This document shows, in pieces, positions 37,916 to 52,096 of a stretch of DNA of 64,000 nucleotides. Below the pieces are notes generated by a model that saw only the letters and a program-made list of their open reading frames with translations, did not search any database and was not told the origin of the DNA. The number at the start of each line of letters is the position of its first letter. The first letter of the stretch is position 1. The position numbers were made by a program, and so were the translations under genes. Source of the DNA: Octopus bimaculoides (Eukaryota); contig NC_068981.1 of the NCBI RefSeq assembly GCF_001194135.2, positions 100,026,478 through 100,090,477 of the forward strand, given 5' to 3'.

Positions 37916-38221
37916 TATAGTTATTGTGCTGCATCAAATCAGTTTTTATCAATAACATTACTTATTTCCTCATAATTTCAGACAGATTGCCTATAGCTAC
38001 CATGGTAAATGTCTATTATCTCGTTTACTAAGTAATTTCAGTACTTCATCAAGTCAGTTATTGATAGCTTTACCAATACATTACTTATTGACCAAAATGA
38101 CAGATTAAGTTGATTCTGATTGATTTTTGCTTGTTATTAAAAATTTGAACAACTATCAATCATCTTTTTTACCACACACACAAATTTTATTCAGTTTTTT
38201 GTCTTTTCAGATATTATCAAG

Positions 38222-38605
38222 GTTGTGTAGTTAAGAAGCTTGCTTCCTGACCATATGGTTTTGGATTCAGTCCAACTACATGGCACCTTGGGCAAGTGTC
38301 TTCTACTATAGTCCCAGGGTGACCAAAGCCTTATAAGTGAATTTGACAGACAGAAACTGAAAGAAGCCCACCGTGAGTGTGCATGTGTGTGTGTGTTTAT
38401 GTATACCCTTGTCTTAACATCAAGTGATGGTTATGAACAAGCAGCTTTGTCATACAAATGATGTTGTTTGGTTCCAGTTTTCTTTGGCCATGGGGAAATA
38501 TTACCTTGCTTGGAAACAGGTGAAGGTTGTCAATAGCAAGCACATCCAACCATAGAAAATCTGCCTCAGTAAATTCTGTCTTACCCATGAAAGCACGAAT
38601 AAGTG
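38222..38605 (+). mobile_element. SINE family B variant
   Basis: gtgtagttaagaagcttgcttcc...ggcaccttgggcaagtgtcttctactatag...ggaaatattaccttgcttggaaacagg. Confidence 0.85.
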
Positions 38606-38676
38606 GATGTTGAATGTTGTTGATTTTTAAAGATGTGTATGCTTGTGAGTGTATATGCGTGTGTGCAAATATATAT

Positions 38677-38700
38677 NNNNNNNNNNNNNNNNNNNNNNNN
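38677..38700. other. assembly gap
   Basis: N run. Confidence 1.
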
Positions 38701-39546
38701 TATCATCATTTAATGTTCATTTTCCACGCTAGCATGGGTTGGATGGTTTGACCAGGACTGGCAAGCTGGAAGGCTGCAGCAGATTCCAGTCTGATTTGAC
38801 ATGATTTCTACAGCTGGATGCTCTTCTTAATGCCAACAACTCAGAGTGTAATGGGTGTTTTTATGTACCACAACTGCAATTTTACTTAGCTTGGCAGGTC
38901 TTCTTCTCAAGCACGACATAATGCCAAAGGTTTTGGTCATTTGTCATTGCCTCTGTGAGGCGCAACACTCAAGAGGTGCTTTTCACATGCCACCAGCATC
39001 AGCTACTTTGCCTACGTGAGGCCCAACACTTGAAAGGAGCTTTTTACGTGCTACCAGCATGAGTACCATTTACGTGACACCAGCATTAGCCATGACTATG
39101 ATTTCACTTGGCCTGACAGGTTTTCTCAAGCACAGCATATCACCAAAGGATCTTGGTCACCAGTTATTGACTCTGTGAGGCCCAAAGTTCAAAGATCATG
39201 CTTCACCACCTTGTCCTATGAATTTCTGGGTTTACCTCTACCACAAATTCCCTCAACAGTTAGAGATCGGCACTTCTTTACACAGCTGTCCTCATCCATA
39301 CACATCACATGACCTTACCACTGTAGTCATCTCTCTTTGATACCTCTCGTGCCCAACTTTTCTCTCAAGATGCTTATACTCTATGAAACATGCACAGATA
39401 TTGCACATCAAGCGAAGCATACCAGCTTCATTTCTTTCAAGCCAATGCATATCCTCGGCTGTCACAGCCCATGTTTCACTGCCATGTAGCATAGCTGTTT
39501 GCACACAGGCATCATACAATCTGCTTTTCACTCTGAAGGAAAGGGA

Positions 39547-39548
<2 letters not shown>
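38701..39548 (-). mobile_element. RTE LINE 3' fragment
   Basis: RVKSRLYDACVQTAMLHGSETWAVTAEDMHWLERNE on the minus strand. The 3' UTR and tail are reverse-complementary to 37160-37915. Confidence 0.9.
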
Positions 39549-39592
<44 letters not shown>

Positions 39593-39607
39593 GATGCAGC
39601 ACAGAAT

Positions 39608-39658
39608 TTTGTCAGTGAACAGGTCGCGGTCTCAAAGCGACGAAAATATCTTGACAAA
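39608..39658 (+). ncRNA. hammerhead-like motif with G3-C8 swapped core
   Basis: TTTGTCA-GTGAACA-G-GTCGC-ggtctcaaa-GCGAC-GAAA-ATATCT-TGACAAA. Confidence 0.55.
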
Positions 39659-39736
39659 TTAAATTTAAATGTTGAAGTGAATCTAATGGATTTTGTGTGT
39701 TATTTTAAATGGCTTATAAACACCTTCCACGCTGCA

Positions 39737-39774
<38 letters not shown>

Positions 39775-42700
39775 CTAAAGAAAGGGATTAAATGTACACC
39801 TGGCACAGTCTGGGACTTTCTTGCAAAAATATGTTTGGGAATCAATTCAGACATAGCAGTAATTGCTCTATGACTTATGTAGAAATGGGTTTATGGATTT
39901 ATGTGGTGTACCACATTGTACCTAATAAATGAGACAGATCTTCATTCACAAATTCCACATCCATGATGGAGAACATATTCATACAAATGCTTCTTATGTT
40001 AGAAAACATCTGAGGAGATATCACCATTATTATCGAAGTAACAGAGTGGAAAATTGGAAAACTGAAGACCGAGGAGGTTGTTATTAATAAATCAAGTCTA
40101 TCTATCAACAGCACTGGAGTGTTGCACAAGGCTAAATGTTTAATATAACACTACCCATCTGCACATATCACATTCAACTCCATCCCTACATAGCTGTGCA
40201 GATCAGATTAAATTCAATTTCTCTTTTCTTTTGTTAAAGACTTATTAAAACCAAAATATTGAAATATGGAGTGTAAACCATTACTTTTTTTTGTATTACT
40301 TTTGTTTTCACTCTTTATTTCTAACTTCCATTGTAGGAGCCTCTTAGAACACTTTTAACTCTATTTCACAATACTTACATTAACTATACTTTTTTAATAT
40401 TATGTCAAAATATGTATGTATGTAAAATAGAATCTCAGTCACAAAATGCTGAATGCCAAGACTGGAGATATACTCCTACATAGTCGGAAGTTCTGGAGAC
40501 ATGTGTTTCATCAGTATTTGTGAGATGGAAAAGATCAATAATCTGGAAAGGATGAACAGCTGTCCGAAACAAAGAAACCTTACAAAATGCTGTTGATGTC
40601 TAACATATGTAATACTTACGGCTTCTTAGAAAGGTTTAAATTTATGTTGTTACTTTGTATGTATAATCAAGGTTGGAAATACTGTGTATTAATCCTTGAA
40701 GCTACTTGCTTACTTTAATATAAAAAGAAGTTGACCAAGACTTGTGAGTGGAAACTTGAATAGGGTAACCATTCATTTGTTTATCATTATATTAATAAAA
40801 TATAAAGAAGATTGTGGATATCAAAAACTATTTCATTCCAGGTCAAATGACTTGTAGTATTTAGTTTCATCCTTTTGCATTCTGGAAATAAATTCCACTG
40901 AGGTTGACAATCCTACACATAGTAAAATCCATACAATAATCACTAAATCAACAATACACATATACACATCAACCAACATCATGATAAGGACATTGCAGTT
41001 TGTTAAACTAAGTACTGTGGTCAATTGAGTTATTGATGCATCTTCCCAAAATTTGTGAGCTTATGCCAAAATTACGAGTGTCTACCCCACACACTATAAC
41101 TGAAAGAAACTCACAACACCAACCCAAATGACCCTGCTCCTAGAAATGACTACATAAAGACAAGTATCCTCTCCCCTTCTCACTAAGAACCTAACTGAAC
41201 AAGTAGCTTTCCCCAATTAAAGGGAATAAATAAACAGCAATTTAAAGATAAAATTCAAAAAATATAGACACATTACATCTCCAGGTACTGATGGCTGAAA
41301 AATACTAAACAAAAAGAACAAGCATAAGGAAGCCACTCTCCTGAAAAAAACAAACAAACAAGAAAAGGAAAATGAACAGAAAAACTTCTTTGCAAGAGCA
41401 TATCTATTGAGAAAATTCTTGTTAGTTATATACCTTGAAAACAAAAGGCAGATCTATGCCTTTAAATCTACAAAATCTATCAGCAGCTATCTTCACAAGA
41501 GATTCAAATTACACACTTCTCAAAAATTATAAATATGCTAACACATCCTAAATTCTTGAAGTGTCAACAAAACACACACACACACACACACACATGCCAA
41601 TAAACAACATGACAAGGACCTAAAAATCATGGAAATAAAAACATTTGTTGTATTAGTCTTAATACAAGTGAATTTGCTACCTTATGCTCTACATTAGTAG
41701 TTGTAAGAACTTTCTGGTTTGAACACTCCGATATGGAACTGGCTAAATCATAGATTCAAGATCTATGAGTTGTCAAAAGATCAAGTTGATGTATCAAGAG
41801 TTGGCACTACAGTGAAATGTCTAGAAAGGAAGTACTGCTATAAGCAATAACCTAAAAAGAAACCTAAGAGATTTGAAACTAATATGGTTCACTATTGTTG
41901 TGTGATTTTAGTCATTTCTAGATCCACCCAGCACTTACATAAATGTACTTGAGTTGATTCAAGTGCTTTCACATTGGTGAGCATTTGGCACATGTCCCAC
42001 TATCAGGACAGATTTGGTAGAAAAATAGTAGACATTGCTGATCATTGAACCATACAATTTACTATACATTATAAATAATCTCCCACCAAAAAAAAATCCT
42101 GACACACATAATCTTATTCTGATAGATTTATCTTCAGATACTATAACTCTAGAACATTTGTACCAGATCATAAACCTATGCAGTTAAAACAATGTTCTGT
42201 AGAGGGATAAATCAAAGAAGAGAAAAATAGAGTGCTAAAAAAAAGCCCAAACTTCTGAGACATGTAGTACAAACTTTAATTAATTTACTAGTCAACTATT
42301 TTTAAGGAAACGTGAAACCAATAAGACACGTACTCAGATGAAAACAAGTATATGCAAAGCTATAAACATTTTCATACTAAGCAAAATAATTACCTAAAAA
42401 AACAAAAAGGACAAAGTTTGCACTCATGAAAATGCAGAAGAACTTCCAGAAGGAATTACAATTTCTTCTATCACATAAAGAAGAAGAATACTAAAAAAAA
42501 AAAACAATATGTAACCTAGAAATTGCTGATCATTCTTATAGTGACATCTGAGCGAAGGCCGCAAGTGATGTAAAATGCTAGCAATCAAAACTGAGTCAGT
42601 TAATTTGACTCACTAAGAACCTGCATTCTAGTTATAAAGCCCTTTCTATCTTTTATTATAAAATATTTTATAAACAAGATTTAAACAATTTTGGAGGAAA

Positions 42701-43964
42701 GGAATTTAATTGGTTATATAAACTTGGTTTTTATTTTATCAACTTTAGATGAATGAAATGTTACCTGCCATTTCTACTAACTCATAGATTTCTATATTAT
42801 AACATATGGGTACTTTTTATTCAACACCAAATTCAATGTTAGTAGAAGGTAGGGTCATTGTTTACCAAATCAATTAGTATATCATTGATATTTATTTTAT
42901 TAATCCAAAGAGATGAACATAAAAATTATCAGAGTAGGATTTGAATGAGAAACCAAGAAGGAAAAAAATAAACAAGTAAAATAAATAATTTAGTCAATAC
43001 TCTGCTGTCTCACCAATCACCACCAGCTTTCTAATATGACAAGGAATTAAATTATGCAGAATTAAAGGAACAATTAATGGTGTAAAGTGTTAGAAGCTGG
43101 ATATGTTTATTATCACACTCTATTATATGCCAAAAAATTACACACTGATATACAATATTTTTAAGCCTTAACTATAAATGGTTCGGAGAAGAGATGTTTG
43201 ATTTCAAAATAGCTCCAAAGATTATTTGACTAATATCTTAAACACTATTTCTATAATATAAAAATAAAACAATAAAAAAATAGTATAAAAACAAGCTATA
43301 AATAGTGATTGCTTTCAAAAGAATATGAATTTCAAAACAGTAATGGTCTTAAAGATTAAAGTTCTTTCATTCATATTTCTCTGTAAATTTACCAGTAAAA
43401 TTTTTAGTTGATTTTTTATTGTTTATATGATTGGTTGCTTTTGCTGTTTTTAACATGAAGGCTATTTTTCCTCTCATTTATTTAATAATTGATTTTTACC
43501 ATTAATGGAAAGAATATTAATAAAGTAAATTAATTAAATTCATCGAAATGTTTCACAAAACTCCAATGTCTTTGTCCTGCGATAAGCTTAAGTAAATTAG
43601 TTTATTTCACATTTTACTTGCAACAAAAATAATCTTTCTATACTACTTGTTGATAGAAGAGATGTAACATGACTATGAAACAAGGAATTACAACAGGAAA
43701 ACAATCAACACAAATTATCTTCAGTAAAATATTCTGTAGTTTCATTGATTTATCAGTCCCTCGTTTTTCATCCTTCTCACCCTTCTATGGCTTAATCTCT
43801 CTTCACCAATCCTCTTACTCTTCCCGTCATTCCATAAAAATGAATGCATATGTATGTATGAGCACACACACATGTGTATACATACACACACATACATATA
43901 TACATACACACACACATTATATATTAAGAAATGAGAAGAAAAAGTAGACCACCTGCAACATGGG

Positions 43965-44430
43965 AGAGACAAGTTTTAACAAATGTTATATTAGTTTAAT
44001 GTTTAAAGAGAAGGGAAAATATTTCAGTATTTCAGACACTGGCCCTCCATAAGAAAAATAGAAGAATGAGAAAAGGTAGTGAGAAAACATAAAAAGAAAA
44101 TAGGCGGTTGGGAAAAAAATAGAGAAAGAAGTTAGAGGTAAGGTGAGAGGAAGGTGGAAAGGTTTAGCATGTTGGAGGAGAGTAAAGACAGGTAGGAGAA
44201 AAGGAGAAAGAAAAGGGGGGGGGGAAAGAGGTGAGATGGTGTGGGAAATGAGATGCAGTGGGAAATGGGTAGCAGTAAAAAAGCATTAAAAATATATATG
44301 CAATGAACTCAAAAAGAAGTCACTACAGGAAAGACAAGTTTTAATAAATTTTGTATTAGTTTAACATTTCAGAAGGAAAGGAAAAAATCTTGACATTTCT
44401 GACACTAGTCCTACATCAAAAATAAAATAA
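43965..44430 (-). repeat. diverged about 100-bp direct repeat, 365-bp spacing, purine-rich spacer
   Basis: gacaagttttaa.aaat.tt.tattagtttaa...atttc.gacact.g.cct.cat at 43968 and 44333. Confidence 0.75.
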
Positions 44431-44480
44431 AAATAATGAGGAAATTTAGTGGGAGGAATAAAAAGAAGACAAAGAAGACA

Positions 44481-44514
<34 letters not shown>

Positions 44515-44829
44515 NNNNNNNNNNNNNNNNNNNNNNNNNNNNNNNNNNNNNNNNNNNNNNNNNNNNNNNNNNNNNNNNNNNNNNNNNNNNNNNNNNNNNN
44601 NNNNNNNNNNNNNNNNNNNNNNNNNNNNNNNNNNNNNNNNNNNNNNNNNNNNNNNNNNNNNNNNNNNNNNNNNNNNNNNNNNNNNNNNNNNNNNNNNNNN
44701 NNNNNNNNNNNNNNNNNNNNNNNNNNNNNNNNNNNNNNNNNNNNNNNNNNNNNNNNNNNNNNNNNNNNNNNNNNNNNNNNNNNNNNNNNNNNNNNNNNNN
44801 NNNNNNNNNNNNNNNNNNNNNNNNNNNNN
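44515..44829. other. assembly gap
   Basis: N run in a (TA)n tract. Confidence 1.
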
Positions 44830-44915
44830 ATGGTTTTTTTCCCTTATGAATATTTTACACACTAGCTTCCTGATAAAATTCTTGTAAAAGATTTTTATCC
44901 AATTATTGAATTAAT

Positions 44916-44997
<82 letters not shown>

Positions 44998-45487
44998 TGA
45001 CAGGATGCATATAATCATAATAATGTTCCATGCGTACCCTCTAAATTGTCAGTTGGTCTGGATTACTAATGTAGTTCTGGTATACAACTCAAACTTCTTT
45101 CTGTTGGAAGGTAGTTGCTCAATGTCAGCATATCTTTTCTTTACAATTAGATTACCATGGTGGAAACTTACACATGAATCATTGCTGGTGTTCCAAATTT
45201 GGAAGAATTAGCAAATACATTGAGAGGTGCCAAGTGTGCAAGTCATATCTAGAACAAGCCCTTTGGTTAACAGGGACAAATGAGCAGCTGAGAAACTGAT
45301 TAAAGTTCCAAGAGGTGGAAGGCAAATCACTTAATGCAATTTCACATTTATGAAATCACCCACTGATTTCATTATCTTGTTTATGTTAGATGTCAATTAA
45401 AAAATATGGGAACATTATTTTAAAAGCCTATTATATTTTATACACTGTATAATTTAATGTAGTAAATGTTGAAAATACAAAATACAT

Positions 45488-45538
<51 letters not shown>

Positions 45539-45982
45539 NNNNNNNNNNNNNNNNNNNNNNNNNNNNNNNNNNNNNNNNNNNNNNNNNNNNNNNNNNNNNN
45601 NNNNNNNNNNNNNNNNNNNNNNNNNNNNNNNNNNNNNNNNNNNNNNNNNNNNNNNNNNNNNNNNNNNNNNNNNNNNNNNNNNNNNNNNNNNNNNNNNNNN
45701 NNNNNNNNNNNNNNNNNNNNNNNNNNNNNNNNNNNNNNNNNNNNNNNNNNNNNNNNNNNNNNNNNNNNNNNNNNNNNNNNNNNNNNNNNNNNNNNNNNNN
45801 NNNNNNNNNNNNNNNNNNNNNNNNNNNNNNNNNNNNNNNNNNNNNNNNNNNNNNNNNNNNNNNNNNNNNNNNNNNNNNNNNNNNNNNNNNNNNNNNNNNN
45901 NNNNNNNNNNNNNNNNNNNNNNNNNNNNNNNNNNNNNNNNNNNNNNNNNNNNNNNNNNNNNNNNNNNNNNNNNNNNNNNNNN
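45539..45982. other. assembly gap
   Basis: N run in a (TA)n tract. Confidence 1.
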
Positions 45983-46009
45983 ATATATATATATATATAT
46001 ATATATACA

Positions 46010-46300
46010 TATGTACGTGATGGACTCTCCCATCAAATATGACAGGAGAGTCAGCTTTTGCTGAATAACATACACAAATGATTTGTTTATAGTGACCAAA
46101 TGCTCGTGCCACATATTAGCTCACTCTCTCCATCAAATCAACGTTGCCTGAACAGGTGCACTGTGTATCACATGTCCAGTATTTAGTGATCACAGAGCAA
46201 CATGAGATGAAGTGTTTTGCTCAAGAACACAACACAACACCCAGTCTAGGAATTGAAATCATGATTGGCAGATCATGAGTGCAACACCCTCATCACTAGA
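46010..46300 (-). mobile_element. SINE family C-related copy
   Basis: gagcaacatgagatgaagtgttttgctcaagaacacaac...ggaattgaaatcatg. Confidence 0.65.
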
Positions 46301-49269
46301 ACACTTTGTATCATTCGAGATTTGTCAGCCATTCCTGGACACACTAAGACTTTTGAGCATATTAGTAATCCTGTTGAGCTCATTTTTATGGATGGACAAA
46401 TGAAAAAAATATGTGACTATTTGTGTATATATGCACACATATATACACACTCATATACACATGTACCACACACACATTTATAGCTATCCAGAACACAATG
46501 CGTAATATTCATAAATATTCATATTCATAAATATTAATATTTTTTCATTATAAATATTCTGCACATTAATGAATGTTACGAATCAATTATTTCTTTTAAA
46601 TGAAAGGAAATATAGTCTTCAGTTTAAAACAACAAAACTAAAAACAAACAATAAAAAACACCAAATTAAATAGACTGACCTATCTTCTCATTGAATTATA
46701 ATGTAAATGACTGAGTATTCTACAGACACTCATGCTGCTACCATAATCTATAGATGGAATCAGTATGGCACAGTGTGACAATACTGATTCTTTGAATTAC
46801 ATATGTGATTTAGCCAAGAAGTTTGACAGTATGACAGTTTTCCCTATTCTGTGGCTGTAGGTGCCCTCATCTGGGATACCAAAGGTGATGACACTGTTAC
46901 CAGTGGCAGCTTCGTGTGTTCAGCTACCAGCCCAAGCTCCGCTGCTCATCAAGCTGAGAAAAGCAAACTGTTAAGGTATTGGTTGCTCTATGACAGGTTT
47001 ATGGCTGAGCTTATGGCAGTGGAGAACTCCAGCATTCTCGGCCTCTGCACTGGCTATTCCAGTACATTTCCCTTGCTATCCTCTGGAGCAATGCTTTTTC
47101 CATTTTGTTTGGTGGGATCATGAGGCAGCAGTCTGACTTACATGGCTCCTTAATGTAAAGTTAGTCCATAAATTTAACATTTATAATGAAATAGACAGAA
47201 ATGTTGCCTTAATATTATTTTTTTGTGCTTCTGTTGAAGTTGTGATTAATTGTATTCGGTTTAACAGTTGTAGCAGTAGAAATCTTCAGGATAACTGAAA
47301 AAGCTTTCACACTATTTCTCTACAAAATTTCACTTACAAAACTTAGCTTGACCTAAAGTAGACAATTACCAAAGTGCTATACACTAAGAAATGAGCCTAG
47401 AATCTTATGCCTGTGAAGCAAACTTCCTAAACTGTATCTGACATATATCTCCAACAACCATAGAGGCTTATATAATAGGTGATTTCTTCTGAATCCAGTT
47501 GCATTATGTAGATGTGAAATGAATCTTTCTTCATACAATATGCTGGTCTATTGACAACAACATTTACAATAAATTTGATGTCAATTTCCCAATAGCTAAG
47601 TATTCTGCTCAATAAATAACAGAGCATCTATAGCAAAGAGGAAACTTAATCTCCAATGATCAAGTTATCCAATATTTTTAATACACTCAGCAATGTTATC
47701 TCAACAGTTACTGACCCAATGAGAGTCTTTTTATATGGCTCCACAATCAGCAAGAAATAGTGTCCAAATCTCTGTCACATCATACCCTACTGCTTTATAT
47801 AAGGAAAGGGTACATTAGATAATGTAATCCTACATAATCCTAAAAAGATGGGATGGTCACAGCTGAAAGGGTTTTGATCATACATAGGTCTGCTCTGACA
47901 AGTCTGGATGACCCGAGGTTAAACAATAACCTCAAAATAAACTATATAAAATCATTATTAAGATGTGTTCAACTGAGGGGACTGTCCTGATGCAGTGGTT
48001 CTTGGATAAATCAACCTGGCAGAATATATCCTTTTCCAATATAACCACAGGAGGAATAATGCAACTCAACATTGCAAGCTAACAAAATACTTATCGGTTT
48101 TATAGTGCTACTGTTGTTTAAGGAGATGTAGTCTACATCACTGTTGTAATAATTAAAAGTTATGCAAACTAGGCCATTTTGTAACATTTATTTCAGTCAG
48201 ATGACATATTGTTGTATAGGATGCAGGATATTTTGGATGGTAGTCTGGCATCCTATCAATGCAGCCATCTGTGATTCACATAGATATTATAAATCTGTAC
48301 AGATGAATGAAATATAAAATTCTCATATGTAAATATAGGAAATCTAATCATATCTACATTGAAATAAACAATGTTCAAAAGAAATATACAAAAGTAAGTA
48401 ATCTGCAATAAATATATAATATGCAAGAGATTCTTGCACAGTGATTCCTCAAGTGACTTTTTTCATCTGAATAGACACACACATAGCATTACATTATATA
48501 TTTTTTCCATGTTATATAATCTGCTGAGGATCTGGGGCTGCAGTGAAATTGAATGTTACTGAAGCTTGAAACTAATCAAAAACAAAAACAAACAGGATAA
48601 CATTAATGTAGTATATGGCATTGTCATCAGCATTATTTTGAAATTCTATTGAATTCTATTTAGATGAATCTTAGGAAAAGGCAAAATAAAACCCAAAAAC
48701 TGTTGTGTTCCAGACAAATAACAATGTTATTGTAATACTGTCCTTATCTTAGTGAAAAAATGCTGGGAAATAATATTTAATTTCGCAAAGGATTCAAGAC
48801 CTTATTGATTTGCTTTTAGTGTAGAGAAATGCTTCTGATTAAATTTGGATTCAATGAATGATACTAATTCAATACTGCATAAAAGAAACTGAAAATTTGG
48901 GAATAAACATGGGGAAGTAAATAAAATTTTTTTGAACATTTTTTTTTATTATTATTCAATGAGAAAATCTAATAATTTAAGAGCATGTTAAACTATTAAT
49001 AATAATATTATTATTATTAATAATTTCAAAAATAATGATTTAAATAATAAGAATATTAAATTTTTTTTTAATTTTATTATTTTCACAAGGATGATGGATG
49101 GTGGAGACATTAGGGAGAGGCTATAAAATGCATGTGGAGAGATTTATATTGAAATGAAATGACAAGTGATAGTATACACAGTATATAAATACAGCAGCTC
49201 ATCACACTCTCAGATTATTAGATTTGCTCATTGAATTAGAACACTATGTTTACTATTATTGTTATTATT

Positions 49270-49835
49270 ACCGAGGATGGTAGAATGGTAGACACAATAG
49301 TATGCCTTAGAGTAGTTAATTACACCTACTTACAATCTAAGTTCAAATCTCACCAGTCAACATTGCCTTTCATCTCCTTGTAAATTTCTGGCTGCCTTGT
49401 TAGAAATTATTATTATGTTAATGGTGATGGACTGGCAGAATCACTAAACCATTGGGCTCACAGTATTTCTCCCAGATTCTTACATTCTGAGTTCAAATTC
49501 TACCAAAGTCAACTTTGTCTTTCATCACTCTGGTTTTGATAAAAATAATGTACCACTCAAGTACTGGGGTCTATCTAATCAAGAATATTCCCTCCCACCA
49601 ATTCAAAGCCTTGTGCCTGAGTAAGAGATCATTATTTTGAAAGGTTACTGGATTATTAGTGTTGTAAAAATGTCATTCAGCATTTGTTCTGACTCCTTAC
49701 ATTAGGAGTTCAGATCCAATTGATGTCAACTTTGCCTTTCAACACTACAAGGTTGATAAAATAAAGTGTCAGTCAATTACTGTAGGTGGTGTTACTACCT
49801 TCTACCCTTAAAACTGCTAGCCTTGTGCCTAAATC
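49270..49835 (+). mobile_element. three tandem SINE family A copies
   Basis: Repeated ct(a/g)agttca(a/g)at...gtcaac(a/t)ttg(c/t)ctttca at about 49335, 49490 and 49710. Confidence 0.8.
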
Positions 49836-49904
49836 AGAATTATTACTGTTGCTATTATCATCATCAACATGACAATGGTTTTTAATCTTATTACAATGCA
49901 TTCT

Positions 49905-50115
49905 TCTTTAGGCACAAGGCCAGTAATTTTCAGGGGAGGATTTTAATCAATACCATTGACCCTAAGACTTGACTGATACTTTATTCTATCAACCTTAAAA
50001 GGATGGAAGATGATGTTGACCTCAGTCGGATTTGAACTCACAATTTAAAGAGCCAGAAGTAATACCACAAAGTATTTTTTTCTTCAACACTAACAATTCT
50101 GCCAGCTCACCTCCT
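49905..50115 (-). mobile_element. SINE family A, inverted relative to the preceding three
   Basis: aggcacaaggccagtaatttt...ggatttgaactcac...attctgccagctcacc. Confidence 0.85.
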
Positions 50116-51871
50116 TAATCTTGAGATTATAATAATTGCTTTTCCTTTTAGAATTTTACATGTACAAGATTATTATAATATATTGGATTTTTTATTACAT
50201 AGTCATTGTTGTGATGATGACCTTTTGCAGAGCCTCCAAAAATGATAGGCAGAAAAGAGGAGAGTATCCTCAGACTGAAGACTTGACATGAATGCTTGTA
50301 ACAGAGTAAAAACTGCTAGAGGTATTTTGTAGATCAGTTGCTGATATTAATCCAAAAGACAGATTAAGTCTACTATCTAAGATCAGGAACAATCCTTTTG
50401 ATGGGCTTCCACAGTTTCTGGTTATCAAATTTTATTCAAAAGCCTTTGGTTGAACAAGGACCAAGATGCTGCAAAGTGGAACTGAGCCCAAAATCACATA
50501 GTTAGGAACTAAATTTCTTAACAGAGCAATATTTTCAACCACGATGACTATCTAATGTATGTATACTTTTATATGTATTATTTTTATTATATGTGTGAAT
50601 GAATATGATACATGTGTGGTGGGTGTGTGTGTGGTGTATGTGTGCATGCACATCTATGGAGAAAGTAGTTTGGAAATTTTAGTTAGTTTGCAAAAATTAT
50701 TTCAAAAGCTACAAGTGATCTTCAAAATGATATTTTGAGAAGTGTGTACTAGCCAAACTTCAATAAGTCAGAAAATAAGTATATACTACTTATGTCTGTT
50801 GTATATTTAGTAATATTTGACAGATGCTGTACTAGAAAGTGTGTATAAGCTCATTATAAAATAGAAGGCCAATCCAGAAAATGTTTTCCTCACCATTGTT
50901 TTGCTTTCAGAGTATTTGCCTCTGCCAACACACATACTTCTTTAAACACTTTCTTTTAATTACCTTGCTTAATTATCTCTATACATTGATCTTGTCCTCA
51001 CCCTGAACCACCAATCCTATTTGGTACACTGAACACTCTCTTCTTATCACATATTTCAAAAATTAGTAGTCAGTACTTTTTCAAGCCGTACTATATCAAC
51101 AATCCATATTTTTATTTTCTAATAACTTTCTAAAATCAAAAATAGTACTCTGGGAATGGTACTTTTCCTTGTAAGACATTCAAAATCTCAATTCAGTTTC
51201 ATTGTCATTATTCTGCTGTATATTCAATCTGCCGCTGTTTTTGCTTAGCTCCAAGTCAGCCTTAATTAACCAGTCTTCTTATCATAAGCATTGCAGCCAT
51301 AACATCTTATCCTTTTTAAAGAGATAATTTATCTGTGACTAAATTATCCAATGTGTCCCTTCTTTTAAAATATTAAGGTGTAATTTTTAAGGGAGATCTG
51401 GTTGATATTTTTAGCACCTAAAATCTTTCTTGTTAATTGGTTCTATCTCATCAATGAAATTTTTATCAATCAGTCATAATTTTTATCCTCAACGGATTAT
51501 ATTTTTAGCATAACTTCCATGAAGCATTTTACACCCAAAAGCAATATCTTACTTGCAAGGCCTTCGCAAATTTTATATCATTTTTACTTTTCTTAATTTC
51601 CTCATATTCTTCTTTCTGCATTTTCTTCTTGCATGTTAAAGATGAAACAATTTTCCTGGAATTCAAGTAATAGCTTAGCTATCTATGACTTTTTATCTAA
51701 GCCATTAAATATTCTCCTCTGTAGAGTTATGCATTTATATGACTTTGAGATTTAGTTTTGAGCTCTTCAGTAGTTTCTTTTCAGTAGTCTTTTTCTATCT
51801 TCTGCTTGCATCTACCAGAAATATATCCATTTGAGATTTTCAGATGCGAAGGCTTTGATCTCATATGACAA

Positions 51872-51945
51872 CAACAATGATAATAATAATGATAATAATA
51901 ATAATAATAATAATTATTATTATTATTATTATCATTATTATTATG
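51872..51945. repeat. (AAT)n then (ATT)n microsatellite
   Basis: Directly visible strand flip. Confidence 0.9.
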
Positions 51946-52096
51946 GCTACAGTTTAGAATGTGAACTTGATATTCTTCACTAGTGTAGGGGTGAGGGTGG
52001 GGGTTCTTTGATGATTTTGAAATGCTAACAATAATTTTCTCATCTTTCTACTTAATTACATTAATATGTTTATCTTCAAGATCATTAATTATTTCT

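Noticed and set aside
14739-46114. Long ORFs containing X runs or IY/CV/HT/poly-I repeats
   Set aside because: Artefacts of N gaps and microsatellites.
46851-47123. GC-richer 90-codon ORF
   Set aside because: No recognisable domain and no consistent donor site. More likely a decayed repeat.
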